The translations under genes were made by a program, and so were the position numbers. A stretch of 64,000 nt of DNA, taken from NCBI RefSeq assembly GCF_032191835.1, contig NC_083236.1, positions 45,756,001 to 45,820,000 of the forward strand, in the 5' to 3' direction. The notes below the pieces were generated by a model. The model saw only the letters and a list, made by a program, of their open reading frames with translations. It was not told the origin of the DNA and ran no database searches. Positions 34,701 through 46,115 of this stretch are shown here, piece by piece. Numbering within the stretch: the stretch's first letter is position 1; each line of letters opens with the position of its first letter. This stretch comes from Heteronotia binoei (Eukaryota).

Positions 34701-34991
34701 CTGAACAGGGAATAAAAGGTTGGTATAAAACTGTGTCCACACGAGTCCAACGCGTTGCAGCAATGGTAGTTGATCAGTGGGTTTCTTAGCTGTGCCAGCC
34801 AGCTTCCCACTAGCACTCAGCTGCTTGGGACTAAGGAAAGGGGAAGTCTTAACAGCTCATCAGGAACAACCTCTTATATATTTTTTTCACTGGGACTTTG
34901 AAAGCCACCATGTTCTGCCAAATTTGTTTGCTCCTTCCATCCCTGGTCACACACCCCCCATTGTGTTTGGGGAAGTGGAGAACATCGTACC

Positions 34992-35178
34992 CAGGGCTTT
35001 TTTTTGTAGCAGGAACTCCTTTGTATATTAGGCCACACACCCCTGATGTAGCCTGTCCTCCAAGAGCTTACAGGGCTCTTCTTACAGGGCCTACTGTAAA
35101 CTGCTGGAGGATTAGCTACATCGGGGTGGGGGGGGTATAGCCTAATATGCAAAGGAGTTCCTGCTACAAAAAAACCCG
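34992..35178. mobile_element. Palindromic MITE family E in the last C16orf86 intron
   Basis: Self-complementary arms; TSD atcgtacc/attgtacc. Confidence 0.85.
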
Positions 35179-35212
35179 ATTGTACCTATTCTTTTTGTTC
35201 CCAATTTGTTAC

Positions 35213-35374
35213 CTTTGGGTGGAGATATTCTCAGTTCTAGAGGTCCTGTCTTGTTCTCTATAACAGGCTGAATCTCCATTGGGGGAAGGTCACATTCGTT
35301 TTCTGACGGACTGTTCATCTCTGGATTGCCATAGTTTATGTACTGGTATAAAGGTCGCAGACGCTGGGATTTTC
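35213..35374 (-). CDS. C16orf86: C16orf86 orthologue, internal exon
   Basis: RKSQRLRPLYQYINYGNPEMN (human recalled RKAQRLRPLYQYVNYCNPELN); AG/GT boundaries, phase 1 to 1, 162 nt. Confidence 0.9.
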
Positions 35375-35855
35375 CTAGAAATAAAGATACGAGCTTTGGA
35401 TACAGGTAGCCTGTTGAAACTATACGTAGAACAAGAACTGTATTAATCTGTTTTGCTATTGCTTTGCTCTGTTGTCTTCCTTTTGCTATGATGCGGGTTT
35501 GAGATGAGGGTGCTGCATTTTTATATCTAGGCTTCACTTAGTAGTTGACCCAGCCAACTGCCAGTTTTGCAAGTTCACATCGCTGTCGGAGTAGCAGTGG
35601 CTTTTAACAGCCCTATTTATACTCTTTCAGAAAGGCAAAACCTCTTCCTGAATAGAGGAGTTCTTCTGCACTAGGGTTCTCTTTCCCCCCATGTTAAAGT
35701 GAGTTTCAGGGGGGAAATGGTGGGCATCTTAGCAGTAGTTAAAGCAAACACAAAACTGCCTGTTATTAACAAACAGCGTTTGACTGAAGGACTGGAAGCA
35801 GCAGCTGTCGGAGGCATATCAGTGCCTGAGCAAGTACACATCGATGACCACCAAT

Positions 35856-36046
35856 ATTCCCTGTAAGCTGAGTTAGTGTGAGCTAGCTCAGTTTTTTTAG
35901 CCTCCAGCTCACACATTTTTGTCTTAGCTCTGGAAGAATGGCCCCAGAGCAAGCTAATTTATTCAGTAGCTCACAGCTTTAATGCCAGTAGCTCACAAAG
36001 TAGAATTTTTGCTCACAAGACTCCGCAGCTTAGAGGGAACATTGCC
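35856..36046. mobile_element. MITE family F (TIR CAGTGTTCCCTCTAAG)
   Basis: Related copies at 49254-49440 and 54139-54339; the latter is inside a SINE. Confidence 0.7.
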
Positions 36047-36429
36047 ACTAATGTGTTCAAAACTGGGAGGCGGGGTGGGGAGGCAAGTTAATCATGTGTG
36101 TGTTATTGAACTGGTGATTTCCTGAAACACTCACTGTTTTGTGTCAGAAGAATATTCGGCATTAGATATTGCAGCTTCTGGCAAACATGCATGCACGCAT
36201 GGCTGTGTTAGAGTGTACCAGCTTGGCTTTTGCGTGGGTGTGTTTTTCTGATCTGCAAACTGTGACCTCCTGGGTTCCAGGAGGTCACAGGCTCCTTCTG
36301 TCTTCTACAAGCCAGAAGGCTGGCTTCTCCACAGAGGTACTGTGAAGACTGTACTGGGAAATCCTATCCCAAAAACTCCCCTTCCAGAATGCTGTAAGCT
36401 CAACAGGGAGCTGTTCCTGTTGGTGGTAG

Positions 36430-37320
36430 AGAGAGGAGGACTCACAATAATGGTTCTAAAGGTGGGAAGGTACCCACTGAATATCAGGAAAAACTTCTTT
36501 ACAGCAAAGAGTTGTTCAGCAGTGGAACTGGCAACCTAGGAAGGTGGTGAGTCCCCCGTCACTGGCAGTCTTTAAGCAGCTGTGGGACAAGAACTTTTCA
36601 GGGATGCCCTAGGCTAGGGGTGGCCAAACTGTGACTCAGGAGCTGCGTGTGGTTCTTTCACACATAATTGTGCGGCTCTCAAAGCCCCCACTGCCCTGTC
36701 AGCCAGCTTGGAGAAGAAGAAGAAGAAGAAGAAGATATTGGATTTATATCCCGCCCTCCACTCCGAAGAGTCTCAGAGCGGCTCACAATCTCCTTTACCT
36801 TCCTCCCCCACAACAGACACCCTGTGAGGTGGGCAGGGCTGGAGAGGGCTCTCCCAGCAGCTGCCCTTTCAAGGACAACCTCTGTCAGAGCTATGGCTGA
36901 CCCAAGGCCATGCCAGCAGGTGCAAGTGGAGGAGTGCTGGAATCCAACCCGGTTCTCCCAGATAAGAGTCCGCACACTTAACCACTACACCAAACTGGCT
37001 CTCCAGAAGACATTTGTTTCTTAAAAACTCCAAGCCAAGTCAGCCAGAAGCTTGGAGAATGCATTTAAAGTTGCTTTTCTTCTACCTCCCCTCCCTCCCC
37101 TATTTCCTTCCTTCCTCCCTCCCTCCCTCCCATCCAGTGGCTCTCAAACATCTGACGTTCATGTCTTGCAACTCTCAAACATCCAACATTTATTCTACGT
37201 AGCTCTTACATTAAGCAAGTTTAGCCACCCCTGCTCTAGGCTGATCCTGCATTGAGCAGGAGGTTGGACTAGATGGCTTGTGTGATCCCTTCCAACTGTG
37301 TGATTCTGATGATTCTGTTA
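36430..37320 (+). mobile_element. CR1 3' end containing a family A MITE (36615-37233), which contains a tRNA SINE (~36712-37005)
   Basis: CR1 tail interrupted at a ccctaggc/ctctaggc TSD; SINE on the minus strand with an (AGA)n tail. Confidence 0.85.
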
Positions 37321-37571
37321 TTCTCTAGGGATGTTAACCAATTTTCTCCTACCCTTCTTTCACCCATTCTAATTCTCAGCTGCTGTCAACATCCTGTACT
37401 CTTGAAGCATGCTCAATTCTCAAGCCTGTTTTGGTTTTACTTCTGTTTAATTTACAGTCCTACTTTTCATTCTGAATTCCTGGGGAGTCCTCCAAGCATG
37501 CAGAAAACAAAAGAAACCCTGACTGTGGCTGGCCTGCTTTGCTGCTTTTGTGATTAGCACAAGGTCTAGCT

Positions 37572-38120
37572 TAGGGGTGTCGAACTCATGAGGGCCAGAT
37601 GTGACATAAATGAGACCTTGTTGGGCTGAGCTATGTCAGGTTGGGCCAAGCCATGTTGGGCTGGGCCATGTGTGTACTTATTTAAGATTAGGGAGCAGAG
37701 ATATATTTTTAATAAACTACACAGACAAACACACACACACACACGTATATAAAACTTAAAACATAGCACTCATTGGTCTTAAAGGAAGCTCTGGCTCTTT
37801 TCTTCCTTCCTCAGGGAACTAGGGGAGGGGGGGAGGAGCCTCAGCAGATAGAAGGAAGAGATGATTGGCTCAGTATCTCTGCTGTGTGATTGAAAGAGCC
37901 TAGCTCTGCCTCCTCCCCCTTCTTCCCCAAGGGAGAAGTCTCAGTCAATGGAGAAAATAGAGGTTTTGCTCTGTAGCTCCTGTGCAGTTGAACAAGCCTT
38001 ACAAAGCAAACTTATGCAGAAGGAAGCAAGAGGAGGAAGAAGGAAGCAGATGACAGCCAGTTGCTTGGGGGCCAGATAGGAGTCCTCCAGGGCCCTTGGA
38101 CTGCATGTTTGACACCCCTG
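37572..38120. mobile_element. hAT MITE family C (TIR CAGGGGTGTC)
   Basis: Perfect 8 bp TSD GTCTAGCT; homologous to ~5030-5690 and ~60625-61020. Confidence 0.88.
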
Positions 38121-38247
38121 GTCTAGCTGATTTAGATACGGTAATATTAGTGTGGCATACGCAGTTGAATTTACACCCCAACTTCAATAACTCCCAGTAG
38201 GATTTGTGCTATGAGAGTAGCTTGTTGCTTTTCCTGTTTGCACTCAC

Positions 38248-38456
38248 TCTCTCCGCCTGCAGAATCTGGAGACAGTGTGCTCCCTGTACCGGAAGCCGGG
38301 TGCACAATGATATCCAGTGAACTTTTCCTTTTCTTGGATTTCTTGGGCTGCTTTGGGATGAGAGAAGTTTCTGCCTTGGAGCCATCCACTTCCTCCGCCT
38401 TGAGAGGGAGTTTCTTGAAATCTGCATGTTGGAAAATGAGGAGCTCAGAGTCCATT
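38248..38456 (-). CDS. C16orf86: C16orf86 orthologue, internal exon
   Basis: MDSELLIFQHADFKKLPLKAEEVDGSKAETSLIPKQPKKSKKRKS... (human recalled KLPLQEEEPEDSQSEPSPSAKQHKKAKKRKS); strong acceptor, donor GAGA|GTGAGT; phase 2 to 1. Confidence 0.85.
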
Positions 38457-38751
38457 CTGCAAAGGGAAAAGAGAAAAGAACTAAGGTGGTTTGAATCCAG
38501 TGAGAGCTGCCCACGGCACATCACAGACGATGGGCCCTGTTTGCTAGATCTGTGCTTACTTCCTCCTGGCTGGAGTAATCTGTGTCCCTCAGGCTTGCTT
38601 TCTGCTGGTGCAGGTTCTTCCCCCACCCTGTCCTCCAGAGAGTGCTGCTCTGGAATCTAGTGAGTAGCAGCTTTGAGTAATGCTTTCACAGAGTCTTGCA
38701 GTTGTTAGTTCATAAGCTCACTGCTAGAAGGGATAACGTATCCCTTATTTG

Positions 38752-39010
38752 GTGTAGTGGCTAGGTGTGTGGACTCTTTTCTGGGAGAACCGGGTTTGAT
38801 TCCCCACTCCTCCACTTGCAGCTGCTGCAATAGCCTTGGGTTAGCCATAGCTCTTGCAGGAGTTGTCCTTGAAAGGGCAGCTGCTGTGAGAGCCCTCTCA
38901 GCCCCATCCACCTCACAGAGTGTCTGTTGTGGGGGGAGAAGATATAGGAGATAGTAAGCTGCTCTGAGTCTCTGATTCAGAGAGAAGGGCGGGATATAAA
39001 TCTGCAGTCA
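38752..39010 (+). mobile_element. tRNA-derived SINE (Squam-like)
   Basis: Head ttggtgtagtgg...gggtttgattccc; tail gggcgggatataaat. Confidence 0.8.
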
Positions 39011-39304
39011 GTCTGTTTTATCAGGCCAGTCTGTTTTATCTGTCTCCAGCAACAAAAGAGCCCCATGTATTTTTCAAACACAGACAAATTTTTACAGTGA
39101 GTCAGACTACAGTCCCAACCTAGCTGAGTATTTCCCATGCTTTCTGCCAGCAGCTCTCCAAGGCTCTAGGCAGAAGTATTTCTGAGCCCTGCCACCTGAC
39201 TTTTTTATCCTTTCGGTGTGGTGTGCCAAGAGTGGCACTCAGTTCCTTTGGCACAATTTCCACCTCTCTGCTCTGAGACAAAAAGGAACCAAGGCAGGGC
39301 CTAC

Positions 39305-39462
39305 TTTGTTGTTCTCGCTTTAAAGCCGTAGGTCGTCAGCCAGGCCTGGAGCACAGAGACCGATTTCAGATTCTTGAGTTCAGGAAACAGTTCTTGGTGA
39401 CCTTGGATTTCTTCCTCATACAGTTTGGCATGGAGGAGGATGCTCTTCCCATCTTCATGCCA
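39305..39462 (-). CDS. C16orf86: C16orf86 orthologue, probable second coding exon
   Basis: WHEDGKSILL...SVSVLQAWLTTYGFKARTT(K); phases 0 to 2 bridge the flanking exons exactly; weak similarity to recalled human GPKRKPVK; the donor GTAGGG is weak. Confidence 0.6.
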
Positions 39463-40283
39463 CTGCAGAAGGAGACATACAGTTACTTGGTGGAGGAAGC
39501 AAAGATTCAGTTCAGGGCTTGTCCCTGCAGTTTCCTGGAAATAGGGGAGCTGCAGTTTATGTTCTTGGATTGGTACCAAGTCAGAAAAATGCACACTTAC
39601 ATAACAGAATATGACCTCAAGGTGAAATGAGGAGGAAAGGGTAAGTAAAGACAATTACACAGTTAGTTTTGTGGCTTAACTAAATATTATAGTTCTAAGG
39701 AAAGTAGGGACATTATCTTAAACAATGTCTTTCCATGAGATCTCAACACTTGATGGAGAATGAAGAGGTTATTTGAAGTTAAAAGGTATAAATGGACTAC
39801 AAAACATTAATGTTATGCTTTTCTACCCAATGGGAACCCCAAGTGGCTAAATTTCGCCACTATGTCTGGTCTATTTCAATAATAACAGCTCTCCATTTCA
39901 TCAAGATTAGTGTTTATTGTAAGACAGGATGGTGGCGAAATTAAGGTGGTTCACGGCTGGGTGAATATATATAGAAGCAGTTAGCCATCACATACGCTCC
40001 TAACTCTGGTGCGAGATAAGTTCAAAACACCAAATTGTTACAAGGCAGACATTCTCACACTACAATAGCCATTAGCAAAACACTCTTAACAGATAGTAAT
40101 GATCTTGACAGTCAGATAGTGTTAGAAGGCCTAAATACTTTTGTTTTCCCAGTAAGCCTAGCAGGTGTTTCAGAAGAGAAACAGTAAAATGGCAAGGGAT
40201 CTTGACAGTTCTATGTATCCTCAGAACAAGCATCCTGTGAGACTGACTAGGCTGAGACTGTCACCAAGGTCACCCAATAAGCT

Positions 40284-41620
40284 TAGAATCATAGAGTTGG
40301 AAGTGACCTCCAGGGTCATCTAGTACAGCTCCCTGCACAATACAGGAAATTCACAAATACCTCCCATACTCCCACACAGCGACTCCTGCAACATGCCCAG
40401 AAAACGGCAAAAAACCCCTCCGTGATCCCTTGCCAAACTGGCCTGGAGAAAAATTGCTAGCTGACCCCAGAGTGACAATCAGTGCTTCTTTGGGTGTATA
40501 AGAAAGGGCCACGAGAATGAAGCACTGATGCAACCCTCCCTGCCCTTCTCATAATCTGCCTAAATTCACAGAATCAGCATTGCTGTCAGATGGCCATCTA
40601 GCCTCAATTTAAAAACCTCCAAAGGAGAGTCCACCACTTCCCAAGGAAGCCTGTTCCACTGAGGAATGGCTCTGTCAAGAAGTTCTTCCTAATGTTTACT
40701 TGAAAACTCTTGATTTAATTTCAACTTGCTGGTTCTGGTCCAACCTTCTGGGGCAACGGGAAACAGCTCCACACTATCCTCTATATTGTCACGGCTGGGG
40801 CCGGGTCAGGCAAAGTCCAGGGGCAGGCCGAGGTCTGTAGCCAGTAAGCAGGAGGGTCCGAGGCGCCAAATCCGAATCACTGTACAAGTATCGCAGGTCC
40901 GAGGTCCAGAAGCCGAGGTCAGGGAGTCCAGAAGTCACAAGCCAAAGTCAGGGAGTCCAGAAACCAAAGTCAAGCCAGAGTGGATGCTAGAACGTCAGGG
41001 AGATGACTAGTTGCTTCCACAAAGCCTCCTCCCAAAGCCTACAGCTATATAGCCCTCTGCTGGCTGTTGCCCATTTGGGCTAATTGCTGGTTCAGAGAGG
41101 CAGCCAGGATCCTGTTACAACTCAAGCATCCTTGCTCTTAGAAGGGCCAGAATCCTCTCAGGGCTCAGGGAGCGTCTTGCTTGTGAGCGTGCCGCCCTCC
41201 TCCGGTCCCTGAGGTCCTGACGGAGGCGGTCACGCACATGCGCCACCCGAGAGGGCGAGGCAGGGGGGCTGGGATCTTCTCCAGCAGGAGGCGGGGGCAC
41301 TGGTGCAGGTGGCAGGGGCACAGTTTCTTCTGCAGGCTCCACTTCCTCTGCAGGGTCCCCAGCACCCACGACATATATATCCTTCAAGTACTTGAAGATG
41401 GTGATTGTATCACCTCACAGTTGTCTCTCCCTGCTAAACATACCCAGCTCCTTCAACCTTTCCTCATAGGACTTGATCTCCTCCAGGCCCCTCACCATCT
41501 TCATTGCCCTCCTGTGGACACATTCCAGTTTATATCTAGTGGCCAAAACTGAACACGATATTCTAGGCAACATCCAGAGCAGGGTAAAATGATACCATTA
41601 ACTTTGCTTAATCTGGATAA
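40284..41620 (-). mobile_element. CR1 LINE 3' fragment split by an LTR insertion
   Basis: tagaatcatagagttggaag tail; CR1 ORF2-like sequence on both sides of the LTR. Confidence 0.8.
40787..41373 (-). mobile_element. Solo LTR of a Ty3/Gypsy (Sushi-like) retrotransposon
   Basis: TG...CA termini, 5 bp TSD TATAT, minus-strand TATA-like GGCTATATAG near 41045, tandemly repetitive U5-like segment. Confidence 0.8.
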
Positions 41621-42953
41621 TTCTTTTGCTTCCCTGCGAGAGTGGAGATTCAAAACTGGGTCCCCCAGATTGCAGTCCCTCGTTATCCTCTGCTCTGCAC
41701 TGGCAAGTGTGCAGTTTAGAACAATAATGCAATCACAAGAGCATCAACGTTTGCTGGGGAGTTAGCTCTTCATCCTTTTCCACGGAAGTTGTAAAATTAA
41801 GCAGAATGCTTCCTACTCAAAGCTGCCTGAAGGTGCATATGAAATGAATCCTCTTGGAGGGTCCGTAATCAGTTTTCAAAGAAGGTATCACCACCCCTTC
41901 TTCCAGAAGGGACGGTGACACTGGAGGCCAAACTGATGGCTGACGTAGCTATCACTGCCTCTGGAGCATGTAGTGTGATATTAAAAGTGATTTTGCAATA
42001 ATTGTGCTCTATCTAGTCACAACCAACTCATGGTGACCCCAGGACCATGAGATTTTCAAGGCAAGAGAGATAGGCAGAAGCGGTTTGCCATTGCCTTCCT
42101 CCACAATGGTCTCCCATCCAAGTACTAACGATGGCCAACTCCAATTAGCTTCCAGGCTCTGACAGGATCAGGTTATTCAGGCTGCCTACAGTGATTTGGT
42201 TAACTAGGAAAGGCAGGTAGATACTGAGAAGGGCAGGAGCCGTTATGGGTGATTTGAGCTGCAGTGTGGAATGCAACCTAACTTACAACCCAACTATGAC
42301 AAGGCTCCACTTCTTCCAGATCCACTCTAGCCCCCTCAGATAAAGACTTCTCCTAGGCCTACCCTCTCACCATTCAGCCCATGTTAAAGGTATTTCTGTC
42401 TGAAATTTAGTTTTTATGACTCAGTTTGATGGATCTTTGGATTGAAATGAGATTGAGAGAGCCTTTTGTATGAAAACAAAACCATACCTTTATTACTACA
42501 TGGATGGGGGAACTGGGATAGAAAACAAGGAACTCTTAAGATCTACATCCTAATACGTTGAAAGACACATGGCTAATGGAGGAGATTGTCTCCTTCTCCA
42601 CCTCTCTACCTGGACAAAGGAAGTCACCTGACTAACCAATTAACACAGATAAGCAAACAGTCTTTCCCAGGCTTTCTTTCTACTGGTAGGGAGCCAAGTT
42701 CTTCCTGGGGCAGGCAGACAATAGGGAAACTATTAACCCTATAATGACTGGAACTTAGAACATTGCAAATTCCAACAGCCCAGACATCACAGGGAAATAA
42801 AAGGCATGACCTACAGATCTTTCTTGACCCCATTGTGACCAGCATCCCTGAAATGGTGTCCCCTTTCCCGCATCCAAGCTCTCTGGCTTTGGAAACTTCC
42901 ATGCCCGTGTTCTGCATTGGCTGCAGTCCCAGACAGGGCCCCTCACCCTTTAC

Positions 42954-43070
42954 CTCCAGTGACTTGACTGAAGGGTTGTCCAGAGCTGCTGCCAGCTGGA
43001 CCAGGAACTGAGGAGGGGTCACCTTCCCCACAGACCTCTTCTCCGTGGTGCTTCTTGCTGAACCAGCCAT
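42954..43070 (-). CDS. C16orf86: C16orf86 orthologue, first coding exon (exon starts at 43073)
   Basis: Acceptor ttttctctctctccAG, then GTC ATG G; MAGSARSTTEKRSVGKVTPP...VKSLE; donor GAG|GTAAAG, phase 0. Confidence 0.7.
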
Positions 43071-44559
43071 GACCTGGAGAGAGAGAAAATCTGAAAGTGG
43101 ACAGTCAAACAGTCTTTTCTATGTGCGTCGGCTGCACTTACAGGCTATAGTTTCATATTTAACAACGAAATCCTAAGCAGAGCTGTACCCATTTCAGCTC
43201 ACTGATTTCACAAGAGGTAGAAAGGTGTAACTCGGCTTGAGGATGGTGCTGTAATGGTAGCGTTCTTAAGTGTTTCCATTTGGTGTAAGAACTATTGATA
43301 TCCATTGTGGGTGGAGTTTCAGAACCAGGGAGAGCCAGGTTCAAGTCCCTATTCTGCCATGGAAGCTCACTGGGTGACCTTGAGCCAGTCACACACTCCA
43401 CCTAATCTCCCTTGCTGGGTTGTTGTGAGGGTAAAAGGGAGGAGAGAATGATGGCAGCCCCTTTGGAGAGAAAGGAAGGGATATAATGAATACTGGGATG
43501 GGGGGAAAGCTGTAGGTAGAATGATAATGGAAAAGCTCCTGGAATCTTTAGGGAAACATTTCTTATAACAACTGAATTCTCCTTGCTGACGTGCTTTTAC
43601 ATTAAATGTGATCAGGCCTCAGATTCAGTGGGAGCTCACAAGAGCACAGCTCCTGAACCTTTCTGAGAGCTCCTCCTCCTCCTTCCCACCTTGTCCATTG
43701 AATAGTAGGTGCAGCTGCATAACAATCCCTGGATGAGCTCCACCACCTATTTTTCTACAAAACGACCCCTGAATGTGATATTGGCAACTGTTTTTTACAT
43801 TGCAATTTGCTCGTTTTTTATTTTGCAGCCCCCCCCCCCCCCGAGTGTGTGTGTGTTCCGGCTGGCTTCGTGTCAGGGGTGTGTGGCCCAATATGCAAAT
43901 GAGTCCCTGCTGGGCTTTTTCTACAAAAAGCCACGTGTGAAACAATTGTGATATTAAGGGGGGTGGCCTAATATGCAAACATGTTTGTGTGTGTGTGTAT
44001 ATAAAATATACACACACATATATGTATATATGTGTGTATATGTGTGTGTGTATCCGTATACATACATATATGTGTGTGTGAGAAAAGGATTATGACAATG
44101 CATCAGCTTTCTAATGCACTTTGAAGGAATTCAAATGCAATTGCTTTTAGATCTGTCTAGTACATTTCCTCCAAGGAACTCAGGCTTGGCATGCAGTCTC
44201 CCTTCTACCATTTGATCCTCACAGCAGCATTGGCTTTGTGCCCCCCTCCCCACCCGATCATCCGATATTGTGTCATATATTTGTAACTGGGATTGTCTTG
44301 CCTGGTCATGAAGCCTGTACTTGTTATATATCTTTGTGTGTGTGTGTGTGTGTGTGTGTGTTTTAGTTAAATAAAATAAAAAAAAGAAGTTTAAAAAAAA
44401 GGATGGGACTTTCATAGCGTTGTGCAAGTGCTACCGGTATGTGTGATTACAGCCCCCCCTCCCAGGTGGTAGATTAGGCTGACTGATCCAAGGTCACCCA
44501 GCAAGCGTTAAGAGCAGATTTGAATCTGGCAGTGCAGCCCTTAAGAGATTCAGATTAGC

Positions 44560-44710
44560 CATGCTGGTCTGATTCAGCAGAACAAAGTTTGAATGCAGTT
44601 GGCACCTTTAAGGCCAATTAAGTTTTATTCAAGGTATAAGCTTTTGTGTGCAGGCACACTTCTTCAGGTATCTTTAAGGTGCCATTGGACTCAACCTTTC
44701 CATGCTAAAA
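44560..44710. mobile_element. Inverted pair of Penelope-like termini
   Basis: ggcacctttaagg...ctttaaggtgcc; the minus strand has a degenerate hammerhead core. Confidence 0.7.
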
Positions 44711-45962
44711 ACAGTAACGCTCACCTAAGTCCATTGAAGCCAATGGCATAAGAAGGATATAACTTCTCAGTTGCACCATGCGCTCCAAAGTCCTACTAGT
44801 CTTATAGCCGAACCACTCCACCACGCTGCTTCAAGGAAACAAATGCTTCCTAATTTGCAGTCTTGTCTTTCAATCATTGGGAAGCTGTAGCTGTCCTTGT
44901 GAGTGCAGAATTGGTGGTTAATGAGGATTTAAGCAGGATGGTTAAATGATCATTAACCGCTCACAATGAGGGCTGGAGAGGCCACCAAGCCAGGTAAGCA
45001 GGGGGCAGAGGAAGTTCGCTAGTTTTACACAAGAAACACCCGCTTCACAATAGCCTCTTTCCAGCCTTGCAGCAAGGTTGCTGGAGTCGTCCATGGGCAG
45101 AGGCCCTAAATCTTAATACCTTTCCTGAGGCTTTTGAGGACAGCAGGAACCCTGTCGTCCTAAAAGGCCTGCTTGTGGTATATTAATTCTTGATGTGCCC
45201 GAGCTAGACAGCTTCTCCCTCCAGCGGATCTGCCCTTAAAATTAAGTGACAGATGTTCCTTCCTCCTTTAACTGAGCTGTTCCTGCTGGGAATTTTATTC
45301 AGCGCGAAGGAAGTCAAGCGACAAGGTCGAGGCTTTGCCTCTCAGTTGGATTGTGAGTCATCGGGCTTTTGACAGATTCTTAAACCCTCAAATCCTAAGG
45401 ATGATGAAAATCGTAGCTTTAAAAAGTTAGAGGGTTTTCTTCCCTCCTCCTTTCCCCTTCTTCATTTCCACATAGCTTTGAAACAGCTGTTGGGGTGGGA
45501 GATGCTAGGTCAACTAGAAGGAAAAACAACTCCCCAGAAGAAACATTTCCTACAGTCCCATGTATATTGAAATGGCTTCCTGACCACAGTTTGCCTTGTT
45601 TCATGATGGATTCTAGGACATGACGTCAAAGGAAGCTTTCTTCTTGAGGGCACCTCTTAAATACTAGGCCAAAACAGTTATTTTACCTGAAAGGGTTCCA
45701 TCTTTGAAATCTGTTCCAGCCAGAGGACTTTCAGAAATCAGTTTTAGGCTGCTGAATGTAATTTTGTGCTTTTTATGCCTCTGCCTTGTGTTTGTGCGTA
45801 TTTTAATATTGATCATTTTAATGTTTTTATTACTTTTGCTTTGCAAGTCCACTTAAGACAGTCTCTGGAGAGGCAGCATACAGATTTTCAAAATAACTGA
45901 AATTCCCTTAATATACACCGTGAATCTGTTGGTCTATCTAGGATCAGTATTGATAGATCCCA

Positions 45963-46115
45963 GTAGGCAGCCGTGTTGGTCTGAAGCAGTAGAACAAAGC
46001 AGAAGACAAGTGCACCTTTAAGACCAACTAAGTTTTATTTAGAGTGTAAGCTTTCATATGCTCTTAAGCAGACTTAGGAGCATACGAAAGCTTACATTCT
46101 AAATAAAGCTTAGGT
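45963..46115. mobile_element. Penelope-like terminus with a fold-back inversion
   Basis: ggcagccgtgttggtctgaagcagtagaacaaag end motif; inverted arms 46031-46063 and 46078-46110. Confidence 0.72.
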
